DNA from: a virus
Taxonomy: Duplodnaviria; Caudoviricetes
Strand: one strand, 5' to 3'
DNA length: 27,892 nucleotides
Virus record (IMG/VR): IMGVR_UViG_3300031627_001261
Location: 1-27,892 of that record
A program made the position numbers and the translations under genes. Below are positions 9,094-17,257 of this stretch, piece by piece (the stretch's first letter is position 1; each line of letters begins with the position of its first letter). Under the pieces are notes generated by a model that worked only from the letters and a program-made list of their open reading frames with translations, was not told where the DNA came from and ran no database searches.

Positions 9094-10737
9094 CTAACTT
9101 CTTAACTGTTCCACTTTTTTTATCAAAAAACCTCCACGACCTTTGTCTCGGTAGCCTCTTAGAAGGACGGTGCTGCCCTCATAGATAAGCTTTTTATACT
9201 TTGACCACTCTTCTGAGAACGCGGTTACATTATCTATAGCACAGCTAGAGTCACTAACTGTCAAGAAGCACATATTTTCCCCTGAGGATCTTCCCTTCTT
9301 TATCTTCCATTCTCTAACCTTATCTACCTGAACTGCAAGACAAATACCATATTGACTTTCAAAGCCGTCTACGAATTCTTTACAGCTACAATTAGATCTT
9401 GTAGTATCATATTCATCTACTTTGTTACAAGTTAAAGCGATACCCAAGAGTTCTTGCTCTTGCCTTGCCATCCAAGATGGAGAATCAAACAATTCGTATC
9501 CGGGATTATCATAAGAGTCTAGTAAATCTTCAACTATAGGATTTCTATCTTTTCTAAAAATAGGCCTATTCTTATCCTTGCAATCAGAGGCTACAATCAT
9601 GGCTCTCAGACATTCTTGTACGGTATCTTCGGGCTGTCCTCTTTTATATTCGCGAAGCCAGTTTATCTCTCGCTTGCTTAGCTCCTTTATTATATTAAAT
9701 TGGTGCTGCATCTTTGACCTAGAGATCTTAAAGATATCGAAAGCTCCTGCTAATATTAGGTTTTCAAAGGCTCTTTTATTTACTCTTGGGGATACAAGGA
9801 TCAAGAAACAATCCCAGTCACAGTCCTCTGGGTTTATACAGTCTTCTTTCATGTCAGATTGCATCTTATTAAATACGGAAGAACCTACCCCTTTTACATT
9901 GGTTATTCCATATGTAGGACTTTCTCCTAGAAGACCAAACTCTTCATTCATGTTTATTACGCTAGGGGGCATTACTTGGATTCCCATTACCTTAGCATTG
10001 TTTACAAGCTCTTGAACTTCTGCAAAGGTATCTGGCTTTCCTATAGAGTGTCTTAGATATGAAGTAAAAAACTCCCTAGGAAAGTGAGCCTTGCAGTAAG
10101 CTGTCAAATAAGCATTATAAGCATAGCTGATAGCATGCGACTTGTTAAAGGAATACCTTTGAGATTTCTCAATCCAGCTAAAGATTTCCTTTGCCTGATC
10201 CTCATCCACTATCCCTTTAATGGCAGACTTCTCTAGAAAAGATTTCTTTACCTTGGCCATCACATCGGCTTTCTTCTTTCCAATAGCCTTTCTAAGAGTG
10301 TCCGCTTCTTGTAGGTCGAAACCGGCAATCTCTGTAGCGATTTTCATAGCCTGCTCTTGATATACTAAAATACCATAAGTGTTGTTTAGGATGGGCTCAA
10401 GGGACTCATGTAGATATTCAATAGAATCTCTTTTATGTTTTCTATCTACATAGTGCATTGTTAGAGTTTTTCCTTTAACAATTGCTTCTAAGCATCCGGG
10501 TCTCATGATAGCAATCAGATCTGAAAGTTCTTCTATATTGTCAGGTTTTGCTTGTTTGGCAAGAGAACGACCAAGTTGTGACTCTAGCTGGAATACACCT
10601 TTTGTGTTTCCTTCTTTAATCATATCCCACGTAGCAGAACAGCTTAGTGTTAAAGACTCTATATCATAGTCAAAGATAACACCATTCTCGGTTTCTTGGA
10701 ACTCACATCCACAGCTATATTTTTTTACACCTACCAT
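9094..10737 (-). CDS. dnaE: DNA polymerase III alpha subunit, C-terminal half (fingers, HhH, OB fold)
   Basis: GNTKGVFQLES, IAIMRPG, TYGILVYQEQAM, ADTLRKAIGKK, YSFNKSHA, GITNVKGVG, C-terminal OB fold (MCFLTVSD). Confidence 0.93.
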   Translation of the reverse strand: MVGVKKYSCGCEFQETENGVIFDYDIESLTLSCSATWDMIKEGNTKGVFQLESQLGRSLAKQAKPDNIEELSDLIAIMRPGCLEAIVKGKTLTMHYVDRKHKRDSIEYLHESLEPILNNTYGILVYQEQAMKIATEIAGFDLQEADTLRKAIGKKKADVMAKVKKSFLEKSAIKGIVDEDQAKEIFSWIEKSQRYSFNKSHAISYAYNAYLTAYCKAHFPREFFTSYLRHSIGKPDTFAEVQELVNNAKVMGIQVMPPSVINMNEEFGLLGESPTYGITNVKGVGSSVFNKMQSDMKEDCINPEDCDWDCFLILVSPRVNKRAFENLILAGAFDIFKISRSKMQHQFNIIKELSKREINWLREYKRGQPEDTVQECLRAMIVASDCKDKNRPIFRKDRNPIVEDLLDSYDNPGYELFDSPSWMARQEQELLGIALTCNKVDEYDTTRSNCSCKEFVDGFESQYGICLAVQVDKVREWKIKKGRSSGENMCFLTVSDSSCAIDNVTAFSEEWSKYKKLIYEGSTVLLRGYRDKGRGGFLIKKVEQLRS

Positions 10738-11409
10738 TTATTGAGCGAACGCTCCTTTAAATTTTCCTACGGTCGATTGTTTCCTGTGAAATTTCATAAA
10801 CTTAACTAAAAGCTTTGCCTCGTCTATAGTGTCGGATAAGGCTTCGTGGGCTTGAGAGGCTTCCATCCCAAAAAACTTTCTAAAGGCATCTAGCTTCATA
10901 CTAGTAGGCTCTTCTAGATTCTCAAACCACATAAATAGAATGTCCATCATGTCAATCTTAGTCACCTTTGAGAAAGGAGATTTTGTTTTGTGCTTTTCGG
11001 CCATCCTGTTGGCAATGACAAGATCAAATCCAATGATATTATATCCTGAAGGAATAGGCTCCGTGTACCACTGTCCCGGCTTTTTGTCTACTTCGTACTT
11101 AGCACAGTAGTTGCAGAAGTTTTTCCAAACTACCTTCTCTGACTTGCCCTTCTTCCACTCTGATACAATATCTTCAGAGTCAACCCCTCTTTGCTTAGCA
11201 TGCCAAGCGATGGTGTCTTGGTGGGCTTTTGTAAAGTAAGACTCTTTGTCTATGCCTGTTGGTTTAATTACAGCCTTAAACGATTGGTCCGTTTTTATTT
11301 CCAGAGTTCTGGGGTCAACCGGAACAGCAGCAAGCTCTACGGGGTTACAAGTGTCTGGGTCTGGACTATCAGTTTCCCAGTCAAATACAATTATCCATCT
11401 ATTATTCAT
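10738..11409 (-). CDS. DEDDh 3'-5' exonuclease (DnaQ/epsilon-like)
   Basis: ExoI FDWETD, ExoII GYNIIGFD, ExoIII HEALSD. Confidence 0.9.
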   Translation of the reverse strand: MNNRWIIVFDWETDSPDPDTCNPVELAAVPVDPRTLEIKTDQSFKAVIKPTGIDKESYFTKAHQDTIAWHAKQRGVDSEDIVSEWKKGKSEKVVWKNFCNYCAKYEVDKKPGQWYTEPIPSGYNIIGFDLVIANRMAEKHKTKSPFSKVTKIDMMDILFMWFENLEEPTSMKLDAFRKFFGMEASQAHEALSDTIDEAKLLVKFMKFHRKQSTVGKFKGAFAQ

Positions 11410-13277
11410 ACTCTTTCTCCTTTAAGGATTTCCGATATATCCATAACTTTATCTAACATTTTAATTCCCAGAATGTCAAGCTTTAACAATCCAACATCCT
11501 CACAGCTCGTACCTTCAAACCCAGCGAGTCTACCCTTACCTTCTTTGTCTATGATCATTGGGCAAACATCATAGATAGGAAGAGGTGAAATAACGACACC
11601 TGCTGCGTGTTTCGATTGGATGATTTTTGTCCCCTCAAGTCTGATGGCTTGCTCAAAGATCTTTGATAGCTTGCCCTGCATATCGCCTTTGCTATCTAAT
11701 TCACACCAATCCTTGAGTTTGTCCTGCTTGTTTTCAAGAGCCCATGTTATTACGGAAGCAGTTCCTAGCTCATCTCTCATATCTTGTAATTCGTCTGCTA
11801 TTTTTGCCTCATCAAGGATATGCGAAGTGATAGCATTCTGCTCATCAAATGATATATTTCCCCTAGCAGCCATAACTCTTTTAAGGGAAGCTCTACCCTT
11901 CAGAGTTTGAAAGGTAATGATCTGAGCTACATTGTCATTCCCATATTTTTTTTGTATGTATTCAATAATATCTGTTCTTGAATGTTTTGGAACATCGATA
12001 TCGATATCTGGCATGGATACGTTTCCCTTGCTATTTCTACCGGCATTGTAGAACCTTTCAAAAATCAACCTATATGGCACTGGATCTATTTGAGTGATCC
12101 CTATAAGATGTGAAACTATACATCCTGCAGCACTCCCTCGTCCGGGACCTATCAAATAACCCTTCTCTTTAGCGTACCTAAGTATATCTTGAACAATTAG
12201 AAAATAACTAGATAGACCGGCCTCTGTAAAGATGGAAATCTCTTTGTCAACCCTTTTCCCATATTCCGGAAAGTCCGGACCATGCTTGTCAATGTGTCCC
12301 ATTTTATTAAGCCAACCTTCTCGACAAAGTTTTCTGAGTAGTTCGTTGGGAGATACATCAACTGGGCATGGGAATTCTGGGGGACTTGGAGGACTTAAAA
12401 TACTATAGTCGGAGCACATGTTAGATATCTCTATGGTGTTTGCAAGCTCTTCACTTGTGTGAAATTCTGACATCTCTTCATAGGTTGGTATGTGGTAATT
12501 ATCTGAGCTGAAGAAAGGCTTTACAGCTAGAGACTTTCCTTGTTTAAGATCTTTCTGGACTTGCCCAATGCTTTTTCGTAGAGCCGTGCACAGTAAAACC
12601 CTCTGGTCGTCAGCATCTTCTCTTTTGCAGTAACGTGCTTCCGGAGTAGCTACACAGGGTATTCCTGTTATCTTGGACACCTCCCTAAGCTTCTCGGCCA
12701 CTTCTTTAGCATCTGGATTGTCAAGGGAGTCAATTAATTTAACCTCTATATAGAAGTTTCCTTTTCCAAAGGCCTCTTCCATTCTCTCGGCCTCTTTCGT
12801 AACATCTTCTTTCCAGTTAGTATTATTCAAAGCTAGCCTGCCTAGAACGGAGTCTATGTGACCGCTAAATGATATTAGACTACCTCTAAACGAAGATACC
12901 CTTTCTAGGAGTTGTTCAAAACCAAGCCTAGGTTTATGGTAAAAGTTTTCTAACGAGTTTGATTCAGATACAACAGACAGAAGACTTTTCCAGCCGTCCA
13001 AGTTTTTTGCCAAAACAACCTGATGATTCAAGCTAGCGTTTTGAGGAAGTTTTATTGTGGAGTCTTCTTGAGAAACATATAGTTTGCATCCAAGGATAGG
13101 TTTGAACCCATTAGAAATCGTCTTATGAAAATCAACAGCTCCAGACACTGTTCCATGATCTGTAATTGCGCAAGCCTCTGTTTCAATCTCCCCAAGTCTA
13201 TTGGCTATATGCTTAGTTTGAGAGAGACCATCAAGAAGCGAGTATTCGCTTTGCACATGGAGGGGTACGTATTTCAT
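11406..13277 (-). CDS. dnaE: DNA polymerase III alpha subunit, N-terminal half (PHP + palm/thumb)
   Basis: LHVQSEYSLLDG, ITDHG, YFLIVQD, GPGRGSAAG, FERFYN, SMPDIDID, SKHAAGVVI, KLDILG. Confidence 0.93.
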   Translation of the reverse strand: MKYVPLHVQSEYSLLDGLSQTKHIANRLGEIETEACAITDHGTVSGAVDFHKTISNGFKPILGCKLYVSQEDSTIKLPQNASLNHQVVLAKNLDGWKSLLSVVSESNSLENFYHKPRLGFEQLLERVSSFRGSLISFSGHIDSVLGRLALNNTNWKEDVTKEAERMEEAFGKGNFYIEVKLIDSLDNPDAKEVAEKLREVSKITGIPCVATPEARYCKREDADDQRVLLCTALRKSIGQVQKDLKQGKSLAVKPFFSSDNYHIPTYEEMSEFHTSEELANTIEISNMCSDYSILSPPSPPEFPCPVDVSPNELLRKLCREGWLNKMGHIDKHGPDFPEYGKRVDKEISIFTEAGLSSYFLIVQDILRYAKEKGYLIGPGRGSAAGCIVSHLIGITQIDPVPYRLIFERFYNAGRNSKGNVSMPDIDIDVPKHSRTDIIEYIQKKYGNDNVAQIITFQTLKGRASLKRVMAARGNISFDEQNAITSHILDEAKIADELQDMRDELGTASVITWALENKQDKLKDWCELDSKGDMQGKLSKIFEQAIRLEGTKIIQSKHAAGVVISPLPIYDVCPMIIDKEGKGRLAGFEGTSCEDVGLLKLDILGIKMLDKVMDISEILKGERV

Positions 13278-13819
13278 ATTATGTATTCCGGAATTTCTTG
13301 GTACAAGTCTTCTATTGCTAAATTATACATATCAACATGCGTTTTGAAGTTATTTGTTTTGTCAATTTGTCCACTTTTCCAAAGTTTTGCCCTTTTCCAA
13401 TATTCATTAGCTGGCATAAAACCGCACAACCAAGCATTTATGAGGCCATAATATTTTTTAGGGTGCGAAGTGGTAACTCTTTCGAACTCAAGACTAACAA
13501 AGGCATAAGTGTCTGGTTGCTGGTGTTTGCTTGTGCGAGCAACAGAGACATCGTAATATCCCCTTGGAGACACAGTCCTTCTCTTTGTTTTTACTTCAAT
13601 CCTACATCCCCCAGAAAGCAACAGGTCGTGGTTATACTTTTCCAGACCTCTGTTATTGCTAACAACCTCTGCTTTTACATAGGAAGCTACAACTTCCTCT
13701 CCAAGGTAACCAGCAACATTCCCAGCCCCTTTAAGTATAGAGTTATTAATAGAACCCAAAGCGTTGGCTTTAGCCCTTGCGGAGTCTATCATTTCTTTAG
13801 TAACATTAAGACGTATCAT
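13274..13819 (-). CDS. PD-(D/E)XK restriction-endonuclease-like protein
   Basis: GYLGEEVVA...YNHDLLL...RIEVKTK (E...D...EVK catalytic pattern). Confidence 0.65.
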   Translation of the reverse strand: MIRLNVTKEMIDSARAKANALGSINNSILKGAGNVAGYLGEEVVASYVKAEVVSNNRGLEKYNHDLLLSGGCRIEVKTKRRTVSPRGYYDVSVARTSKHQQPDTYAFVSLEFERVTTSHPKKYYGLINAWLCGFMPANEYWKRAKLWKSGQIDKTNNFKTHVDMYNLAIEDLYQEIPEYII

Positions 13820-13830
13820 AAAATAACCAT

Positions 13831-15186
13831 TTATAGTAACGTTGAGTCTTCGGAATGGCTGGTTGAACCACCCGTTATAGCCGACCCAAGAAAGCCATTT
13901 TTTGCCTGCTTTGCTATGTTCCTAGCAGCGTTTATGTGAGTGACTTCCCCTACTTGGAACTTGTTGCATTCTGGATTTTCACAAACATAAGGTAGTCCGT
14001 CTTTTACTCTTTTAACCTTTCTAGTCTCGCAAGAATAGCAGTCTCTACTTGTATATGCAGCCAATGTATTTCGATAAGCTATTTTGTTAGCTATACAAAG
14101 ATGCTCCAAGATCTTATTGATCTTCTCTTGACCAAAGCTATAGTTATTTTTGAGACTTAGACCATCTAGTCCGAGACCTAAATTTGAATCCTGCAAAAAA
14201 CGTATAACATATCCGACTTGTTCTCGGATCGCTCTTTCATACTTATTTTCAATAAGCTTCTTTTCTTTTCTTAACTTACTTCTAATAGTGCTAGATATGG
14301 CTTTTCTATTTTTATTACCTATACTCTTATCTATCTCGTTCTTTTTCTTTTCAATATCAGAGATTGTTTCTGGCTTTGGGATGATATAAGACAATCCATC
14401 TTCTTTGTCTTCTGCTAAGGTCATCCAGAAGTTCTTGTCTTTATTTATATCCATTCCTACCCATCCAGATGGGGGATGAAATCTTTTTTCACATGCATAT
14501 TGAATAGTGTAAGAGTGGTTCTTCTGATTCTTTTTCATATTGAGAGATAGGTTACCTCCAAAAGAATCCTTGTGAATGTCATAATTTTTTTGAGGTATCT
14601 CAAAGTCATTTATTTCAAGACTCTTACGGTTAGCTAACTGCATTGTTAGTTTTCCGTCCTTGTGCTTCATTAGAATCTTTTTATGAGCCAAGGTTATGTT
14701 CCTCAATTGAGGAGGTCTGACAGTACTCTTAATGTAATCGGTTAATTTAATCTTTCTTGTGTTTGAAGTAAACCTTCTATAGGTAGTACTTATTCTAGTA
14801 CCTGCGTGAGCTATTACATTAGCTTTCCAGAGGGCATGAGATTGTTCACATTCGTATCTTTCAAAAACATACTCGAATAAGGTCTTCAGAGATGTGTCTG
14901 TTATTCTAGGATTTGGGAACTCTGTTCCGTCTTTCCTGTGTGTTGTTGGATAGAAGGTTCCACCAGAGGGTCCCGTATATTCATTATTCCCTACAAGGAT
15001 TATAGCACCATGACTATCTATTTTTTTTACCACAAATTCAGAATCTTTAATCCAAGAAAAAACCTCTCTAATATAAAGATTTACAGCATTTACGAAGAGC
15101 TCTGCTTCTTTGAGAAGTATCTTATCTCTTTCCTTGTTCTTCGGGATAAGTATCTTTCTGCCTCTTGTAATGGATTGTACTAACAT
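13831..15186 (-). CDS. tnpB: TnpB/Cas12f-like RuvC + zinc-finger protein with atypical active site
   Basis: RuvC-I WVGMDIN (D246), basic bridge-helix region, RuvC-II LGLDGL (D341 in place of E), YTSRDCYSC...CENPEC zinc finger, RuvC-III THINAARNIA (H417 in place of D). Confidence 0.82.
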   Translation of the reverse strand: MLVQSITRGRKILIPKNKERDKILLKEAELFVNAVNLYIREVFSWIKDSEFVVKKIDSHGAIILVGNNEYTGPSGGTFYPTTHRKDGTEFPNPRITDTSLKTLFEYVFERYECEQSHALWKANVIAHAGTRISTTYRRFTSNTRKIKLTDYIKSTVRPPQLRNITLAHKKILMKHKDGKLTMQLANRKSLEINDFEIPQKNYDIHKDSFGGNLSLNMKKNQKNHSYTIQYACEKRFHPPSGWVGMDINKDKNFWMTLAEDKEDGLSYIIPKPETISDIEKKKNEIDKSIGNKNRKAISSTIRSKLRKEKKLIENKYERAIREQVGYVIRFLQDSNLGLGLDGLSLKNNYSFGQEKINKILEHLCIANKIAYRNTLAAYTSRDCYSCETRKVKRVKDGLPYVCENPECNKFQVGEVTHINAARNIAKQAKNGFLGSAITGGSTSHSEDSTLL

Positions 15187-16223
15187 TACACCTCTCCCGG
15201 AGCTTGATATTTACCGATAGCGTGATCAGGCTCTGCACAATTCTGTGTAACCCATTCTATGCCGTTCTCTTTTATCATAGCCATTGTCTGTTGACACTGG
15301 TTCAGACAGGCTCCAAACTGATTGTTCATGGGTTCTACGTGGGTTCCTTCATATGTATTCTTTCCTGCTGAGCATAGCTTGCTACACTTCCAACTAAAGA
15401 TTTGCTGAGGGGCAGTCGTATTTTTTATGACTTCAAACTTTGCCCTTAGCATTTCCATAGTTTCTGGAATGTCGCTGTCTTGGAAATGTAGAGTGAAAGG
15501 CCCTCCGTCATTCATAAAATGAATTGTAATCAAGAAGGACTTTACGTGCGGGTAAAGTTTTTTCACAGCCAAATGATAGATCCTGAGCTGAGGGTCATTC
15601 TGAAGACTAGCAGGAGTCTTTTCTTTTCCCGTAGCCCAGTCAAGCCTACGACCAGTCTTCCAGTCAATGACCTCATAGGTATCATCTCCCACATCGGTTA
15701 TAAGATCAATCGTTCCTTTTAGGGATAGATTTCCTTCCATGATTGTTCCGTCTTCTAGCTCGTACTTGTAGGCTCCCCACTCCTCTTCTACCTCAAAGTC
15801 AAAGTGTGGCTCAGCATCTACGACCAATCTATTTTTTGGATCGAACATTCCATCGTGGTCTTCAAATATTTTCCAAACCCACTTACGACAATGTTTGAGA
15901 TCAAGAGGTTTCCAGTCGTGATGTGGAGTCCTTGATGTGTAGTACTCGTAGACCTTATCTATAATTCCGTTTAGGTAATCGGGGTCATAATTAGCGGTCT
16001 GGATTCTACCAATCTGACTGTCCTTGAAGGTTTTACGACCCTTCTGTAGACCCTTTTTAGCAAGAGCCCCTATCTCTAATATTTTATGAACTATCGTTCC
16101 TTTGTCGGCCTTCTTTCCTGACTTCCCGCGCCAGCCTAACGTGTACTCCATGTAATATTGCATGGGGCACATTCTATGCGAATTAAACGAACTGCTTCTA
16201 AAATAGACTATAGGAATGCTCAT
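15186..16223 (-). CDS. Cas4/AddB-like PD-(D/E)XK exonuclease with probable Fe-S staple
   Basis: Likely start MSIPIVY at 16223 (ATGA overlap); SSSFNSHRMCPMQY, GTIVHKILE, LKGTIDLI..YEVIDWKTG, QLRIY, C-terminal CSKLC and further Cys. Confidence 0.85.
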   Translation of the reverse strand: MSIPIVYFRSSSFNSHRMCPMQYYMEYTLGWRGKSGKKADKGTIVHKILEIGALAKKGLQKGRKTFKDSQIGRIQTANYDPDYLNGIIDKVYEYYTSRTPHHDWKPLDLKHCRKWVWKIFEDHDGMFDPKNRLVVDAEPHFDFEVEEEWGAYKYELEDGTIMEGNLSLKGTIDLITDVGDDTYEVIDWKTGRRLDWATGKEKTPASLQNDPQLRIYHLAVKKLYPHVKSFLITIHFMNDGGPFTLHFQDSDIPETMEMLRAKFEVIKNTTAPQQIFSWKCSKLCSAGKNTYEGTHVEPMNNQFGACLNQCQQTMAMIKENGIEWVTQNCAEPDHAIGKYQAPGEV

Positions 16224-16996
16224 AATATATTTGGTAAAACAAAACCATTGATTTTGTGTATTACCTCGAATGTCTCTTTGCACTGATCTTCTATAGACAT
16301 TTCTCTATTGTCTATAACATGATCGCACTCTTCTAGAGACGATTCTACCTCCTTCTCGCTAGAGTGTAAATCGTTAGTTTTATCCATACCTCTTGTTAGG
16401 CCTATTACGACTCCTCCACATTTCTGTAACGCCTTGATCTCGTTTTTAAATCTGATGTCGCAGACAAGAGATACCTCTGGCTTGTCTTTGTCGATTTTTT
16501 TAAGGAGAGACTTGATCCATATCTCGTCATCAAGCTTCCTTAGGATATCTGTTCCCATATATTGTAGAATCTCCCTAGCCGTCATCTCCCCACGCTTTAG
16601 GTTGAGACTTGCCGGAGTGAAGGTTGGGGTGTCCTCCCACCTAAGGTGAGTTTTAGTATTTTTATCGTCATCGGTTCCATAGACCTGAGCTCTCGTCAGA
16701 CCAAAGACATCTATACACATATCTTTTAGGGTGTCTGCCAAGCCGTAGATTCTTACATAGCTACCTAGGAAGTCTTGAAATATCTTTTCGACATTCATAT
16801 TCTTACTGCTGAACTCTACCCATTCGCAGTCTTTTTTTCTTTCGCCCAGTATGTCGCTGACATAAATTTTTCCATCATCTCCAAGCTTCGTTTTTTCAGA
16901 AACTTGTAACTCGGCTAGCTTCATAGCAACCAAATAATTGCATATTGTATTCTTTCCGCTTTGTTTCTTCCCAGCGAAACCAATGATATGTGACAT
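16220..16996 (-). CDS. Deoxynucleoside monophosphate kinase (T4 gp1-like)
   Basis: IIGFAGKKQSGKNT P-loop, ADTLKD, TAREILQYMGTD, DIRFKNE, HSSE. Confidence 0.88.
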   Translation of the reverse strand: MSHIIGFAGKKQSGKNTICNYLVAMKLAELQVSEKTKLGDDGKIYVSDILGERKKDCEWVEFSSKNMNVEKIFQDFLGSYVRIYGLADTLKDMCIDVFGLTRAQVYGTDDDKNTKTHLRWEDTPTFTPASLNLKRGEMTAREILQYMGTDILRKLDDEIWIKSLLKKIDKDKPEVSLVCDIRFKNEIKALQKCGGVVIGLTRGMDKTNDLHSSEKEVESSLEECDHVIDNREMSIEDQCKETFEVIHKINGFVLPNIL

Positions 16997-17256
16997 TATT
17001 CCTCTTCCGTAAAAGAATTAGATTTAAAATAATCACCATAAACATTCTGCAACAGGGACAATCGATCTCCCGCATCCACCAAGATATCAAGAGCTTCCTC
17101 TAAATTTTTATAAAAATCTCCAGTGGAGTGATCTCCTATACCTACTGCATTATTCATCAATAGGTCGAGAGAAAGTCTTGCCTTTTCTTGATCTGTGATA
17201 GCCTTATGCCATAGGTAACTGACACAGGACTGTTTAATACTATCACTATTACTCAC
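16996..17256 (-). CDS. Small helical phage hypothetical protein (VGIGDH motif)
   Basis: Probable GTG start at 17256, just after the primase stop; NAVGIGDHS motif. Confidence 0.55.
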   Translation of the reverse strand: MSNSDSIKQSCVSYLWHKAITDQEKARLSLDLLMNNAVGIGDHSTGDFYKNLEEALDILVDAGDRLSLLQNVYGDYFKSNSFTEEE

Positions 17257-17257
17257 G

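Noticed and set aside
10600-11500. Split intein or group I intron explaining the divided dnaE
   Set aside because: No N-terminal C/S intein block or HN-C/S/T junction; the intervening DNA is fully occupied by an intact exonuclease gene.
13855-13875. tRNA suggested by the GGTTCAA T-loop-like sequence
   Set aside because: No cloverleaf, D-arm or acceptor stem can be built, and it lies within a CDS.
13337-13939. 200-aa plus-strand ORF
   Set aside because: Antisense shadow of two motif-bearing minus-strand genes; no recognisable motifs.
13000-16300. CRISPR array or full type V locus near the TnpB-like and Cas4-like genes
   Set aside because: No direct repeats with spacers seen, intergenic space is 11 bp or less, and there is no cas1/cas2; solo Cas4-like exonucleases are common in phage replication modules.
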